Origin: Candidatus Woesearchaeota archaeon
GTDB taxonomy: Archaea; Nanobdellota; Nanobdellia; SCGC-AAA011-G17; CAYHUM01
Reading direction: 5' to 3'
Assembly (NCBI GenBank): GCA_964359945.1
Contig: CAYHUM010000001.1
Span: forward strand, 1-57,795
Length of the DNA: 57,795 nucleotides
The notes under the pieces were generated by a model. The model ran no database searches. It saw nothing but the letters and a program-made list of their open reading frames with translations, and was not told where the DNA came from. This document shows, one piece after another, positions 7,609-16,092 of the stretch (positions are counted from its first letter, which is position 1; each line of letters begins with the position of its first letter). Position numbers and translations under genes: made by a program.

Positions 7609-8080
7609 CTTCTTCTTTAGTTTCAGTTTCTCTTCTTATAACTTTTACTGTATCTAATTTAACAACCATTGGAATAGGAACAGGTGCTTCTAATAATTCA
7701 ATAACAACTTCTTCTTTTGTTTTATCTATTCTTACTACACGAGCTTGATCTCTTTTAAATGGGCCAGATATAATTTCTACTATATCCCGAGGTTGAATAT
7801 TTAATTGAGTTTTAACTTGTTCAAGCATTGGTTCTATTTCTGAGTATTCAACGGGCTTCTTTAATAAACCACGTGCATATGGAACTCCTGTACATGCTTG
7901 TTCTGCTTCTTCATAACTACTTGCTTCTAGGAAAATATAACTTCTTAATCCATGAGGTCTTATTATGGAGTAAACGTCAAGACCTTTTTTCTTTATGTTT
8001 GCAACTAGGAAATCCACTACTTGATCTTCTCTATTAGCTGTAGTCCTTAATGAAAATATTAAACTTTGTTGTTCTGTCAT
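7601..8080 (-). CDS. spt5: transcription elongation factor Spt5 (NusG family)
   Basis: NGN domain ([14 protein letters not shown]...) plus KOW ([31 protein letters not shown]). It lies between secE and rpl11, as is usual in archaea. Confidence 0.85.
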   Translation of the reverse strand: MTEQQSLIFSLRTTANREDQVVDFLVANIKKKGLDVYSIIRPHGLRSYIFLEASSYEEAEQACTGVPYARGLLKKPVEYSEIEPMLEQVKTQLNIQPRDIVEIISGPFKRDQARVVRIDKTKEEVVIELLEAPVPIPMVVKLDTVKVIRRETETKEEDE

Positions 8081-8081
8081 T

Positions 8082-8285
8082 TTATCTGAAAAAACTTAGA
8101 TATATCATTTGAATTATAAATCCCATTAATCCTATGATTATTACTCCTATTCCAGTTACTTTTACAATTAATTTAAACTCTTCTGATGTTGGTTTTTTGG
8201 TTACATTAAATACCCTCTTACTTTCCATTACAAATCTTTTTAACTTTGTAAAAAGAGTTTGTTTTTCTTCAAATTGGTTTTCCAT
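8082..8285 (-). CDS. secE: protein translocase subunit SecE (Sec61 gamma)
   Basis: 67 aa with a single C-terminal TM helix (VTGIGVIIIGLMGFIIQMI), preceded by KKPTSEEF. It is in the conserved secE-spt5-rpl11 order. Confidence 0.7.
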   Translation of the reverse strand: MENQFEEKQTLFTKLKRFVMESKRVFNVTKKPTSEEFKLIVKVTGIGVIIIGLMGFIIQMIYLSFFR

Positions 8286-8339
8286 TTTTAGAATTGAGTT
8301 AATTTTTATTCATAAAAAAGGCTTTATAAAGCTTATCTT

Positions 8340-11300
8340 TTAAATGGTAAATGTATCTTGCATATTTACCCAATATCCTTTACCAGGAATAAAGTAATCT
8401 AAGGATTTGTTTAATTCTATATAATTACTTCCATTGAAATCAAATACAGATAATGAGTTATTTGTTATTAATGAATCTATTTTAACATTATTTAAGGAAT
8501 TTACACCTATTAAATTCCATCCTTGATTTAAGGTTAAAGATGGTTTAGTACCATTAGCGTAATTCAAAGTTCCATTTATAGATATATTAAAATTAGTTTT
8601 AACTATAACAAAGTATGATCTTAAAGGTTCAATAATATTTAAATTTGAAGGTAAACTTATGTTACTATGATATACTTTCCATGTATTGTTATCATAACTA
8701 TAAATATCTACTTCATTACTTCCAAATATAGCTGAGATAGTATTATTATCAACTATTATTGGAATACTAATTAAATTTACAGTTTGATTTAAAGTTATGT
8801 TAAATAAATTATTACTTATAGTTAAGAAATGAGTTTCAAAAACTCTTGTATAATTTTCATTGCCTTCATATATAGTAGTAATATTATATATGCCTAAACT
8901 ATATGTATTTAAATATTGTATAGGGCTTATTGCATTTGCTACTAAAATATCATCTATAAATAATTTTATTGTACCAAGGCCATTTAATAAATATGCACTA
9001 ATATTTACTGTGTCTTGAGGACTTGCGGTTATATCATTGTCTTGTCCATTTAATAATAAATTAATTATAGATACTCCTTTATTAATTGTAACTGTAAATG
9101 TTAAACCTGTGCTATTTTCAGTATAATTTTGGTTGCCTGTACTATTTATTTTATATGAATAAGTTCCAGGTATTAAAGTAATATTTAATCCATTTTCATT
9201 GTTTATACTTATTCCATTCCGATATAAACTCATTACCCTAGCTGAACTAGTACCAGTAGCATTAAGTTGTTGAGGATAATTAATGTTTATATTTTGATTT
9301 AGTAATGAATTTAGATAAAGATTAACTGAATTAGATGCTTTGTTTATAGTGTATCCACTTACAAATACAGAGCTAGTAAAGTTTTGTGTATTTGGAGTTC
9401 TACATTCATATGAATAAGAATTTGCTCCCAATAATACGAATAAATTATTTTCTGGGGTAACATCAACAGAATTTCTAAATAATGAAGTAGCTGAAGTTTC
9501 AGGATTACTAGAACTACAAGATGCATTTATAGAAGTACCATAGATTACTGGGCTAGATGGATTAAATACTAATGATATAGAAGGATTGTTACTTTTATTT
9601 ATTTGATAGTTAAATATGGGAGTTAAATTTAAATTTCCACTAGTATCATTAGCATACCATCTATACTGATAATTACCTGCAGCCAAATCACTTATATTAT
9701 AATAATATTCATTTCCATTATTTAATACAGAATAATTTCTTAATAGGCCTTCAAAATCATGTTCTATGAATACCTTATCTACTGCAACATTATCAGTCCA
9801 TGTAATATTAAATTGATATGTATTATTCTTTATGTAATTTGAATATGAGTTTACAGATGTTTTATTATTACTCCATAATGGAGGAGGGTTATAAAATTCT
9901 TCTATGTCTATAGTAAATGAAGGTTCTGGAGAAGTGTAATTAGCTAAAAATACCCAATCTATTGACATAGTATGCAAGAATCCAACATTATGGAATTTAA
10001 TTGCTAGAGAACTATTAGTTATGGCTGATGGAGCTACCCAACCTGTAGTTGAATCAGTTCTAGATTTGTTCACAAACCATTCTATTCTAGTTTGAGGAAT
10101 CCATTTTATTTCATAAGTATAGGATTTATTTGCTATAAAAGTTTGAGCGTATCCACTATATATACCAGCACCTCCAAAATACTCAGCTCTTAGTCCTAAA
10201 CTATCTCGTGTAAATCTAATAACTGGATCATTTGTACAGTTCTGATATGTTACATTACATTGGAATCCCAACATCCAATTAGGATTAGCACTAAATGAAT
10301 TACTTGTATGTAATACTTTACTTTCAAATACTTGAGAACCAGTAATATTAAGATTACTAATCAACCATTTAGGAGAACCACTTAAGTTTGCTAAACCTCC
10401 TGAAACAATAGTACCATTATTAGTCCATTTACTTAAATCAAGACTATTAAAATCATCAAAGAACCAAAATATATTACTTCCATTTCTAGGAGGGCTTATA
10501 GCAGAACTATAACCATAATACATCCAATAATTATCATCAAAACCTAAAGGAGCAATATTATTTTGTAGTTTAAACCATAAACTTGTATTAACATTATTAA
10601 ATATATAATCATCAAACCTATCTAATTCTGTATTACTAACACTATTCCAATAAACTATCCTTAAATCATCTCCATTAATTAAACTTTTACCTTGAGAAAC
10701 TAAGTTAGTATGGTTAAATAATATGTTAACTGGGTTTTCTGCATTTAAAGTACTACCCATACTATTTATTATAATAATTCTTTTTCTATACAAATAATTA
10801 GAATCCCACCAAGGAACATATTTTTCGGTTATTGTTAATGTTCTATTAGTAGAGAAACTACATTGGCTTGAATTATCACAAGCACTTATTGCCCATATAT
10901 TACTTCCATTTGGTAATTGTTTTGTAAACAAGTAGTTACCCATTATACCAGAACTGTTAGTTTCATTCAAATGCCACTTTGGATAAGAATGCCATAGTGA
11001 TACATTTATAATTGAATTAGGTGATACATTTATAATTGAATTAGCATCAAAAATTGTTGCATTAAATACTATTGTGTTAATTACAGTATTAAAATTATCT
11101 TGTGGAGAATTCAAAATTATTATAGTCTGCCCTAATGGTATGCATTGTCCTGCCTGGTTTACTTCACCAGAAGCCAAATAAGTCACATTAAATCCACTTC
11201 CATTATAGTAAGCAGTAGCAAATGCACATGGTGTTTGTGTTTTGAATATGTCTTGAGTTTTCCATTCTACAAAATAATTCCCTGTATTGCAAGTGATGTT

Positions 11301-14300
11301 TTTGAGTTCAGGCGGCCAGCTAAAAGTAGAAGGGAAAAGGCATGAAAGCGCCCAAATATCTTCATAGTTTGCTACATTGCTTTTTTGTGTAGCATCTGTG
11401 TCGGGCCAAGTAACATTCAGATAGCCGCTGTAGTCCCTAATAAGATTTATATAATAGAATGGCAATGAATTTTCTTGCAGCCCTAAAAACTCACCAAATA
11501 AGCCTCGCTCATTCTGGAAGCAAGCAATCCAATACCAAGAAGTACAGCTTGCTAAAACACTAGCTTTGAATGGTGGTTTGAATAAGGCATAGTGGCTTTT
11601 TAGAGGCGGATTGTTTACAGGACGTTTGGTAAGATCAAAATTAAGAGGCCCGTCATCCCACCTCTCCACCCTTGCAAGCTTAAAAGTCGTGATAAAGTCA
11701 GTCCGGCCAAAACCAACAATCCAATAGTGGCAATTTTCACAGGTGGAATTTCTTATAATATACTTTTTCGTTTTCGGAAATGTTTCATTCCAAATCCCCA
11801 CCCCTAGAAGAGGCAGAAATTCAGAATAGACAGCCATCGCCATCCCCACCTTTGTAAAATCTTTAAATGGGTTATCAAGCTCAAATTTTATTTCTGCTAA
11901 TTCTGAAGCAGGAATTTCTATATCCAAGGAATTAAATGGATAATAAATTATAAATGGTAGAAATGCAAAGTCTGTGGCTGGTAAAACAAAAGGTTGTCCA
12001 ACAACAGGAATAATTGCACCGAAATCAAAATCTTTAATACCTCCCCAAGCCCCCTCAAAGTGATATTCTGGAGAAACGTCAGTTGGGTCTAAGGCAAATT
12101 CATAATCGAAACTTATTCTTTCCCTGGCTTCGGTTGCTGTCTGTAACCCACACCTTGCATTTGGCGCACTACCAGCAAATTTGCACGGCCTTGAAAGAAA
12201 TGCATATACACTATAGTTTGTATAATTACCTTGGGCTATTATGTTGGGTTTAATGAATGTTATTTTCTTGGCATCCCTTTCGTCAACAGAAACTGTTATA
12301 GAACCGCTTGGGGGTATGCTCACATTCCTTACAAATGATGCATGTTTATACTTATATTGAGCCCCACCTAATCCTCCAGATTTAGCATAAATAGTGAAAA
12401 GCAAGAAATTTATATCAAATGATTCGTTATTAACTAATAGACTGATTTGTGAGTTTTCATCGAAAATATAATTCGCAGATTCACTCATCCAGTTCCCATC
12501 CTTGTCAATGAATTGAGCTGCAAAATAATGGAATTCATAGCCAGGATCACCTGGTACCCAAGTCACATTAGGCCAGGTAACATTTATTGTCAAATTGTAA
12601 AACTTCCCGAAAGAAATCGGTATTGTAACATTTGCTAATTTTTGCGTGAAAGAACAGTCAGAATAAATTGTAAGGTTGAGATGACCAGCAAAAAAATCAG
12701 TGGGTAAAGAAGCTATGTTCCCACTAACTGGGATTGTAGCCGGCGATGAAATGCATCCTTGCTCATTTATTTCAATTGGATAAGAATTATAAGAGTTTTT
12801 ATCTGCAATCTTAATTGCAAAATCTTTTAAAACATATCCAATATTACCAGATTTATTAAAGGATAAATTAAATGCAGTTGAAAATGAACTTTGAGCTGGA
12901 TTTATTATCCCCAAATTAATAGAATTCGGCTCTGTAAATGAATTGCTATGAATCGAATTTTTTAAAATAAGTCTTCCAGCCCCTTGCTCAAAAATATTTA
13001 CCAAATAATAATCTATAAGAGGGCTTGACCTATAAAGTTGAACTGAATTACCCATGAGAGCGCTTTTTATTTGATTCGGAGTCCATGAAGGATTTGCCTG
13101 AAGCATCAACGCAACAGCTCCCGCAACATGAGGTGTTGCCATGGAGGTTCCGCTCAAGGCAATATATTCTGGATTTCCGCAATTCTGCGGCAAATATATG
13201 TCAAACAGGCTATTTTTAGCCCGAGCAGCACATATATTAACCCCAGGAGCCACAACATCAGGCTTTAAGTTATATTTAGGTCTGGCAGGACCTCTGCTGC
13301 TAAAATCTGCAACAGCATTAACATTATCAGACTGTCCAGATAATAGCTGACTGCTTGCCCCAACAGTTATGGCCTCTTCCGTAATACCCGGAGTATTAAT
13401 AGTGAAATATCTCGGTCCATGATTCCCTGCAGCTACTACTACAGGGACTCCTTGCAAAACAGCTTGCCTTACCCCTTCTTCCATAATAGGAGAGCTTCCA
13501 AAACCTCCCAAACTCATACTTATAACATTCGCATTATTTGTAACTGCCCATTCTATTCCTGAAACAATCCACGATTCAAATCCAGAGCCAGAATCATCTA
13601 AAACCTTTCCGTTTAAGATATAAGCCTGAGGAGCAACCCCAACAAACTTGTAATTTGAAGCCTGTCCAGTTCCTGCAGCAGTGCTTGCCACATGGGTTCC
13701 GTGGCCTACCAAATCAGCAGGACCTGTTGCTCCGCCTGTAAAGTCAGCCTCAGCAATCACCTTTGGATCACTGGTTATAGGATTATCATCCAGATCATCC
13801 AAGTCGGGGTGTGATTTGTTTATACCTGTATCAATTATAGCAATTTTAATCCCAGAGCCATTGTAACCATAAAGCGGATTTGAGTTCCATGTGGTTCGAT
13901 TCATACCAAGGATAACCGGAACGCTGTTGTTCAATTGCATTCTTAATTTAGAATCCAACCTTAATCCCTTCACTTTTGGAGCTGATTTAATTGCAAGCGC
14001 AACATTTTTTAAATTTTCTTTCTTAGCTTTCAAAGAAACAGCAGCTACAGATTTGAATGTTAGCCTGAAGGTAGCGCCCTTTTGCTTAGCAATTGTTTTA
14101 ATGCTTGAAATTGTTTGTGCATTTTCCGGAACTACACTCAAATCCTTTACAACAGTTAACGAAGCAATTGCAGCTTTCAGAGAGGGCTTGCTAGCAGTCT
14201 GCCTCAATTCAAAATCCTTTCTTTTCTGTGGGTAATATGCTACAGGAGAATCATAGCTCACAAGAACTGGTATTTCAGGTGATAAAGCATAATCCACCAG

Positions 14301-14978
14301 GTCTTGTTTTGTATATTCAATGCCAGCCTTTATCAGAATCTCTTCAAATAATCTCTCATCTGTGGTTCTTAAAGTCTCAGTTGAAGGAAGCTTGATTTCA
14401 TTTTTTACAATTGCTGGTCCCTTTTCAGAGAACTGTTGATCAATAGGCAAAATCCCAATCTCAGGATTCGTTACAATCAAGCCATCTCTATACAAGCTAA
14501 CACTCGATGCATTTGTATAAGAAGGACCTACTAAAGGACTTAATGCTCCTTGAATTCCTATACTTTGACTAACACTTAATTGATTTGAAGAGATTATTTC
14601 ATTACTAGGATTATTTAATTCATAAACTTTAAAGTAATATTCTGGATCACCTGAAGAATCTTCTTGATATTCTGCACTCCAAGTAAATTTAACAATACCA
14701 TGATTTAATGTTAGTATTTGAGGATTAATATTTACTTTATCATCACCATTGCCAAATACTTCATCTATAAAACTATCATCTTCCCATATAGTTACATTAA
14801 TTTCTTGACCATCACAATTAGTTGCAGTTATAGTAGCATCTACTAATTCATTTTCACCAGCAGAAGTTTGATCCCAAGAAGCAGAAGTAAGAGTACATGC
14901 ATTTACTGATTTTATAAATAAAAAAATAAATAAAGGTACGATTAAAATTACAGCACTCTTTTTTAGATTATTATACAT
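8340..14978 (-). CDS. giant secreted multidomain subtilisin-like (peptidase S8) surface protein, 2,212 aa
   Basis: Signal peptide MYNNLKKSAVILIVPLFIFLFIKSVNA. S8 catalytic residues are present: IAIIDTGI (Asp), HGTHVASTAAG (His), AAGNHG (Asn) and GTSMATPHVAGAVALM (Ser). Further on come a DUF2341-like segment (YRKRIIIINS...DDLRIVYW), a LamG-like segment (FDDFNSLDLSKWTNNG), Ig-like repeats and a C-terminal GWNLIG...PGKGYWV module. Confidence 0.85.
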   Translation of the reverse strand: MYNNLKKSAVILIVPLFIFLFIKSVNACTLTSASWDQTSAGENELVDATITATNCDGQEINVTIWEDDSFIDEVFGNGDDKVNINPQILTLNHGIVKFTWSAEYQEDSSGDPEYYFKVYELNNPSNEIISSNQLSVSQSIGIQGALSPLVGPSYTNASSVSLYRDGLIVTNPEIGILPIDQQFSEKGPAIVKNEIKLPSTETLRTTDERLFEEILIKAGIEYTKQDLVDYALSPEIPVLVSYDSPVAYYPQKRKDFELRQTASKPSLKAAIASLTVVKDLSVVPENAQTISSIKTIAKQKGATFRLTFKSVAAVSLKAKKENLKNVALAIKSAPKVKGLRLDSKLRMQLNNSVPVILGMNRTTWNSNPLYGYNGSGIKIAIIDTGINKSHPDLDDLDDNPITSDPKVIAEADFTGGATGPADLVGHGTHVASTAAGTGQASNYKFVGVAPQAYILNGKVLDDSGSGFESWIVSGIEWAVTNNANVISMSLGGFGSSPIMEEGVRQAVLQGVPVVVAAGNHGPRYFTINTPGITEEAITVGASSQLLSGQSDNVNAVADFSSRGPARPKYNLKPDVVAPGVNICAARAKNSLFDIYLPQNCGNPEYIALSGTSMATPHVAGAVALMLQANPSWTPNQIKSALMGNSVQLYRSSPLIDYYLVNIFEQGAGRLILKNSIHSNSFTEPNSINLGIINPAQSSFSTAFNLSFNKSGNIGYVLKDFAIKIADKNSYNSYPIEINEQGCISSPATIPVSGNIASLPTDFFAGHLNLTIYSDCSFTQKLANVTIPISFGKFYNLTINVTWPNVTWVPGDPGYEFHYFAAQFIDKDGNWMSESANYIFDENSQISLLVNNESFDINFLLFTIYAKSGGLGGAQYKYKHASFVRNVSIPPSGSITVSVDERDAKKITFIKPNIIAQGNYTNYSVYAFLSRPCKFAGSAPNARCGLQTATEARERISFDYEFALDPTDVSPEYHFEGAWGGIKDFDFGAIIPVVGQPFVLPATDFAFLPFIIYYPFNSLDIEIPASELAEIKFELDNPFKDFTKVGMAMAVYSEFLPLLGVGIWNETFPKTKKYIIRNSTCENCHYWIVGFGRTDFITTFKLARVERWDDGPLNFDLTKRPVNNPPLKSHYALFKPPFKASVLASCTSWYWIACFQNERGLFGEFLGLQENSLPFYYINLIRDYSGYLNVTWPDTDATQKSNVANYEDIWALSCLFPSTFSWPPELKNITCNTGNYFVEWKTQDIFKTQTPCAFATAYYNGSGFNVTYLASGEVNQAGQCIPLGQTIIILNSPQDNFNTVINTIVFNATIFDANSIINVSPNSIINVSLWHSYPKWHLNETNSSGIMGNYLFTKQLPNGSNIWAISACDNSSQCSFSTNRTLTITEKYVPWWDSNYLYRKRIIIINSMGSTLNAENPVNILFNHTNLVSQGKSLINGDDLRIVYWNSVSNTELDRFDDYIFNNVNTSLWFKLQNNIAPLGFDDNYWMYYGYSSAISPPRNGSNIFWFFDDFNSLDLSKWTNNGTIVSGGLANLSGSPKWLISNLNITGSQVFESKVLHTSNSFSANPNWMLGFQCNVTYQNCTNDPVIRFTRDSLGLRAEYFGGAGIYSGYAQTFIANKSYTYEIKWIPQTRIEWFVNKSRTDSTTGWVAPSAITNSSLAIKFHNVGFLHTMSIDWVFLANYTSPEPSFTIDIEEFYNPPPLWSNNKTSVNSYSNYIKNNTYQFNITWTDNVAVDKVFIEHDFEGLLRNYSVLNNGNEYYYNISDLAAGNYQYRWYANDTSGNLNLTPIFNYQINKSNNPSISLVFNPSSPVIYGTSINASCSSSNPETSATSLFRNSVDVTPENNLFVLLGANSYSYECRTPNTQNFTSSVFVSGYTINKASNSVNLYLNSLLNQNININYPQQLNATGTSSARVMSLYRNGISINNENGLNITLIPGTYSYKINSTGNQNYTENSTGLTFTVTINKGVSIINLLLNGQDNDITASPQDTVNISAYLLNGLGTIKLFIDDILVANAISPIQYLNTYSLGIYNITTIYEGNENYTRVFETHFLTISNNLFNITLNQTVNLISIPIIVDNNTISAIFGSNEVDIYSYDNNTWKVYHSNISLPSNLNIIEPLRSYFVIVKTNFNISINGTLNYANGTKPSLTLNQGWNLIGVNSLNNVKIDSLITNNSLSVFDFNGSNYIELNKSLDYFIPGKGYWVNMQDTFTI
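10997..11044. repeat. perfect 2 x 24-bp in-frame tandem duplication inside the giant gene
   Basis: gtgatacatttataattgaattag occurs at 10997..11020 and again at 11021..11044. It gives the peptide NSIINVS(P/L) twice. Confidence 0.9.
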
Positions 14979-14979
14979 T

Positions 14980-15486
14980 TTAATATCTAAGTAATTCTAA
15001 ATACGATTTTACCTCATCATGAAAACTATAAATCTTACTATAAGCTGCTTTTTGGTGGTTTTCTAGACTTGATCTAATTAAGACATTTTCATAAAACTTC
15101 TTAAAAAATCCACTATCTTTGTATTTATTTTGTCTATTTGTAACTAAATCTGAATTAAAATATATTATTACTGTACCAGAATTCATTTTTATCTTTCTAC
15201 CTTCCTTTTGAACTTCTACTTCTTTTAATCCTAATATTAAAAAATCTATTGTAAATAATATACTAAAATAATCATCTATTAATTTTTCTCCTATCCATTT
15301 CACTTCTAGTTGTTTACTAGGACCTTTTATACGTTCAACATAACGTTCTTCTATAAAATTATTTTTCTCATCGCCATAACCATTAAAGTCCAGCCAGAAT
15401 TTCATTTTTTTGTATAATTCTTCTAAATGAAAGATACCTGTCCACTGTAGTTTAAGCCTAGAACATATATTTATCTTCTCTGACAT
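14980..15486 (-). CDS. hypothetical protein, paralog 2 (168 aa), translationally coupled to the giant protease
   Basis: No signal peptide or TM helix. It shares GIFxxExLYKxxKxWxD ... W..E(R/K)..D.Y with the ORF at 15527..16012. Its stop TAA (14980..14982) is 1 nt from the protease ATG (14978). Confidence 0.6.
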   Translation of the reverse strand: MSEKINICSRLKLQWTGIFHLEELYKKMKFWLDFNGYGDEKNNFIEERYVERIKGPSKQLEVKWIGEKLIDDYFSILFTIDFLILGLKEVEVQKEGRKIKMNSGTVIIYFNSDLVTNRQNKYKDSGFFKKFYENVLIRSSLENHQKAAYSKIYSFHDEVKSYLELLRY

Positions 15487-15526
15487 AAGAATTACAGATA
15501 AATTTTAATTAATAATCTTTTCGGTT

Positions 15527-16012
15527 TTAGATATGAATATTAATCACGGATTTTATTATGTCTAAAAGCTCTTTCACTTCGTTATCTAGCTTGGAATTAT
15601 AATCATTAATTTTCTCTTTAATTATATAGTTACTATATATATTAAACAAAAATTTTTTAATTGCACTTGTATGCCAATTATTTTTATAGTCTAATTCTAA
15701 AAATGCTTTTGTGGTTATCTCCATATCTCCTTTATATAATTGTTTTTCTCTTATTTTTATTTTTGTTATGTATCTTATAAAAAAACTTGTTTCTATATTG
15801 AATTTTACATATCCATCTACTTTACGTTCAGCAACCCATTGTATTAAGTACTCATCCCCTATATCACGAATTTTTTCCGTATGCTCTTTTTCTTGAAATG
15901 TATAATTCTTAGAATCAAACCACGATTTAGCTTCTTTGTACAAGGTTTCTATATCAAATATACCAACCTCTTTTATTTTTATATCAGCTACACTAACTTT
16001 TTTACCTATCAT
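15527..16012 (-). CDS. hypothetical protein, paralog 1 (161 aa)
   Basis: Same strand as the 168-aa ORF and 40 nt upstream of it. VGIFDIETLYKEAKSWFDSKNY...IQWVAERKVDGYV aligns with TGIFHLEELYKKMKFWLDFNGY...VKWIGEKLIDDYF. Confidence 0.6.
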   Translation of the reverse strand: MIGKKVSVADIKIKEVGIFDIETLYKEAKSWFDSKNYTFQEKEHTEKIRDIGDEYLIQWVAERKVDGYVKFNIETSFFIRYITKIKIREKQLYKGDMEITTKAFLELDYKNNWHTSAIKKFLFNIYSNYIIKEKINDYNSKLDNEVKELLDIIKSVINIHI

Positions 16013-16056
16013 TACTAAATAAATTTTTAATGTTATTAATATATTTTATGGTTTCA

Positions 16057-16072
16057 GGAAGATTTAAAAAAT
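16057..16072 (+). promoter_or_regulatory. BRE/TATA-like element (GGAAGATTTAAAAAAT) upstream of nop5
   Basis: It ends 21 nt before the ATG at 16093. No Shine-Dalgarno motif lies between them, which suggests a leaderless or near-leaderless mRNA. Confidence 0.35.
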
Positions 16073-16092
16073 AATACTTATTTGGTGTATTT

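Noticed and set aside
7166-7748. Plus-strand ORFs 7166..7657 and 7557..7748 (163 and 63 aa)
   Set aside because: They lie antisense to the well-supported rpl11 and spt5 genes. Their products are low-complexity Ser/Phe/Leu-rich translations of the complement of K/E codons, so they are shadow ORFs.
11145-14235. Four plus-strand ORFs inside the giant gene (11145..11345, 13141..13350, 13681..13866, 13891..14235)
   Set aside because: They are antisense to a continuous 2,212-codon ORF with clear S8 motifs. Their clustering is explained by the locally higher GC, which gives fewer stop codons. I used this as supporting evidence for the mosaic, not as evidence for genes.
8340-14978. The GC-mosaic giant gene as a simple assembly chimera of two organisms
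   Set aside because: I did not adopt this as the primary explanation. The reading frame is uninterrupted across both junctions for 2,212 codons, and the domain order is coherent (signal, propeptide-like region, S8, beta-rich region, DUF2341/LamG/Ig). It still needs read-level verification.
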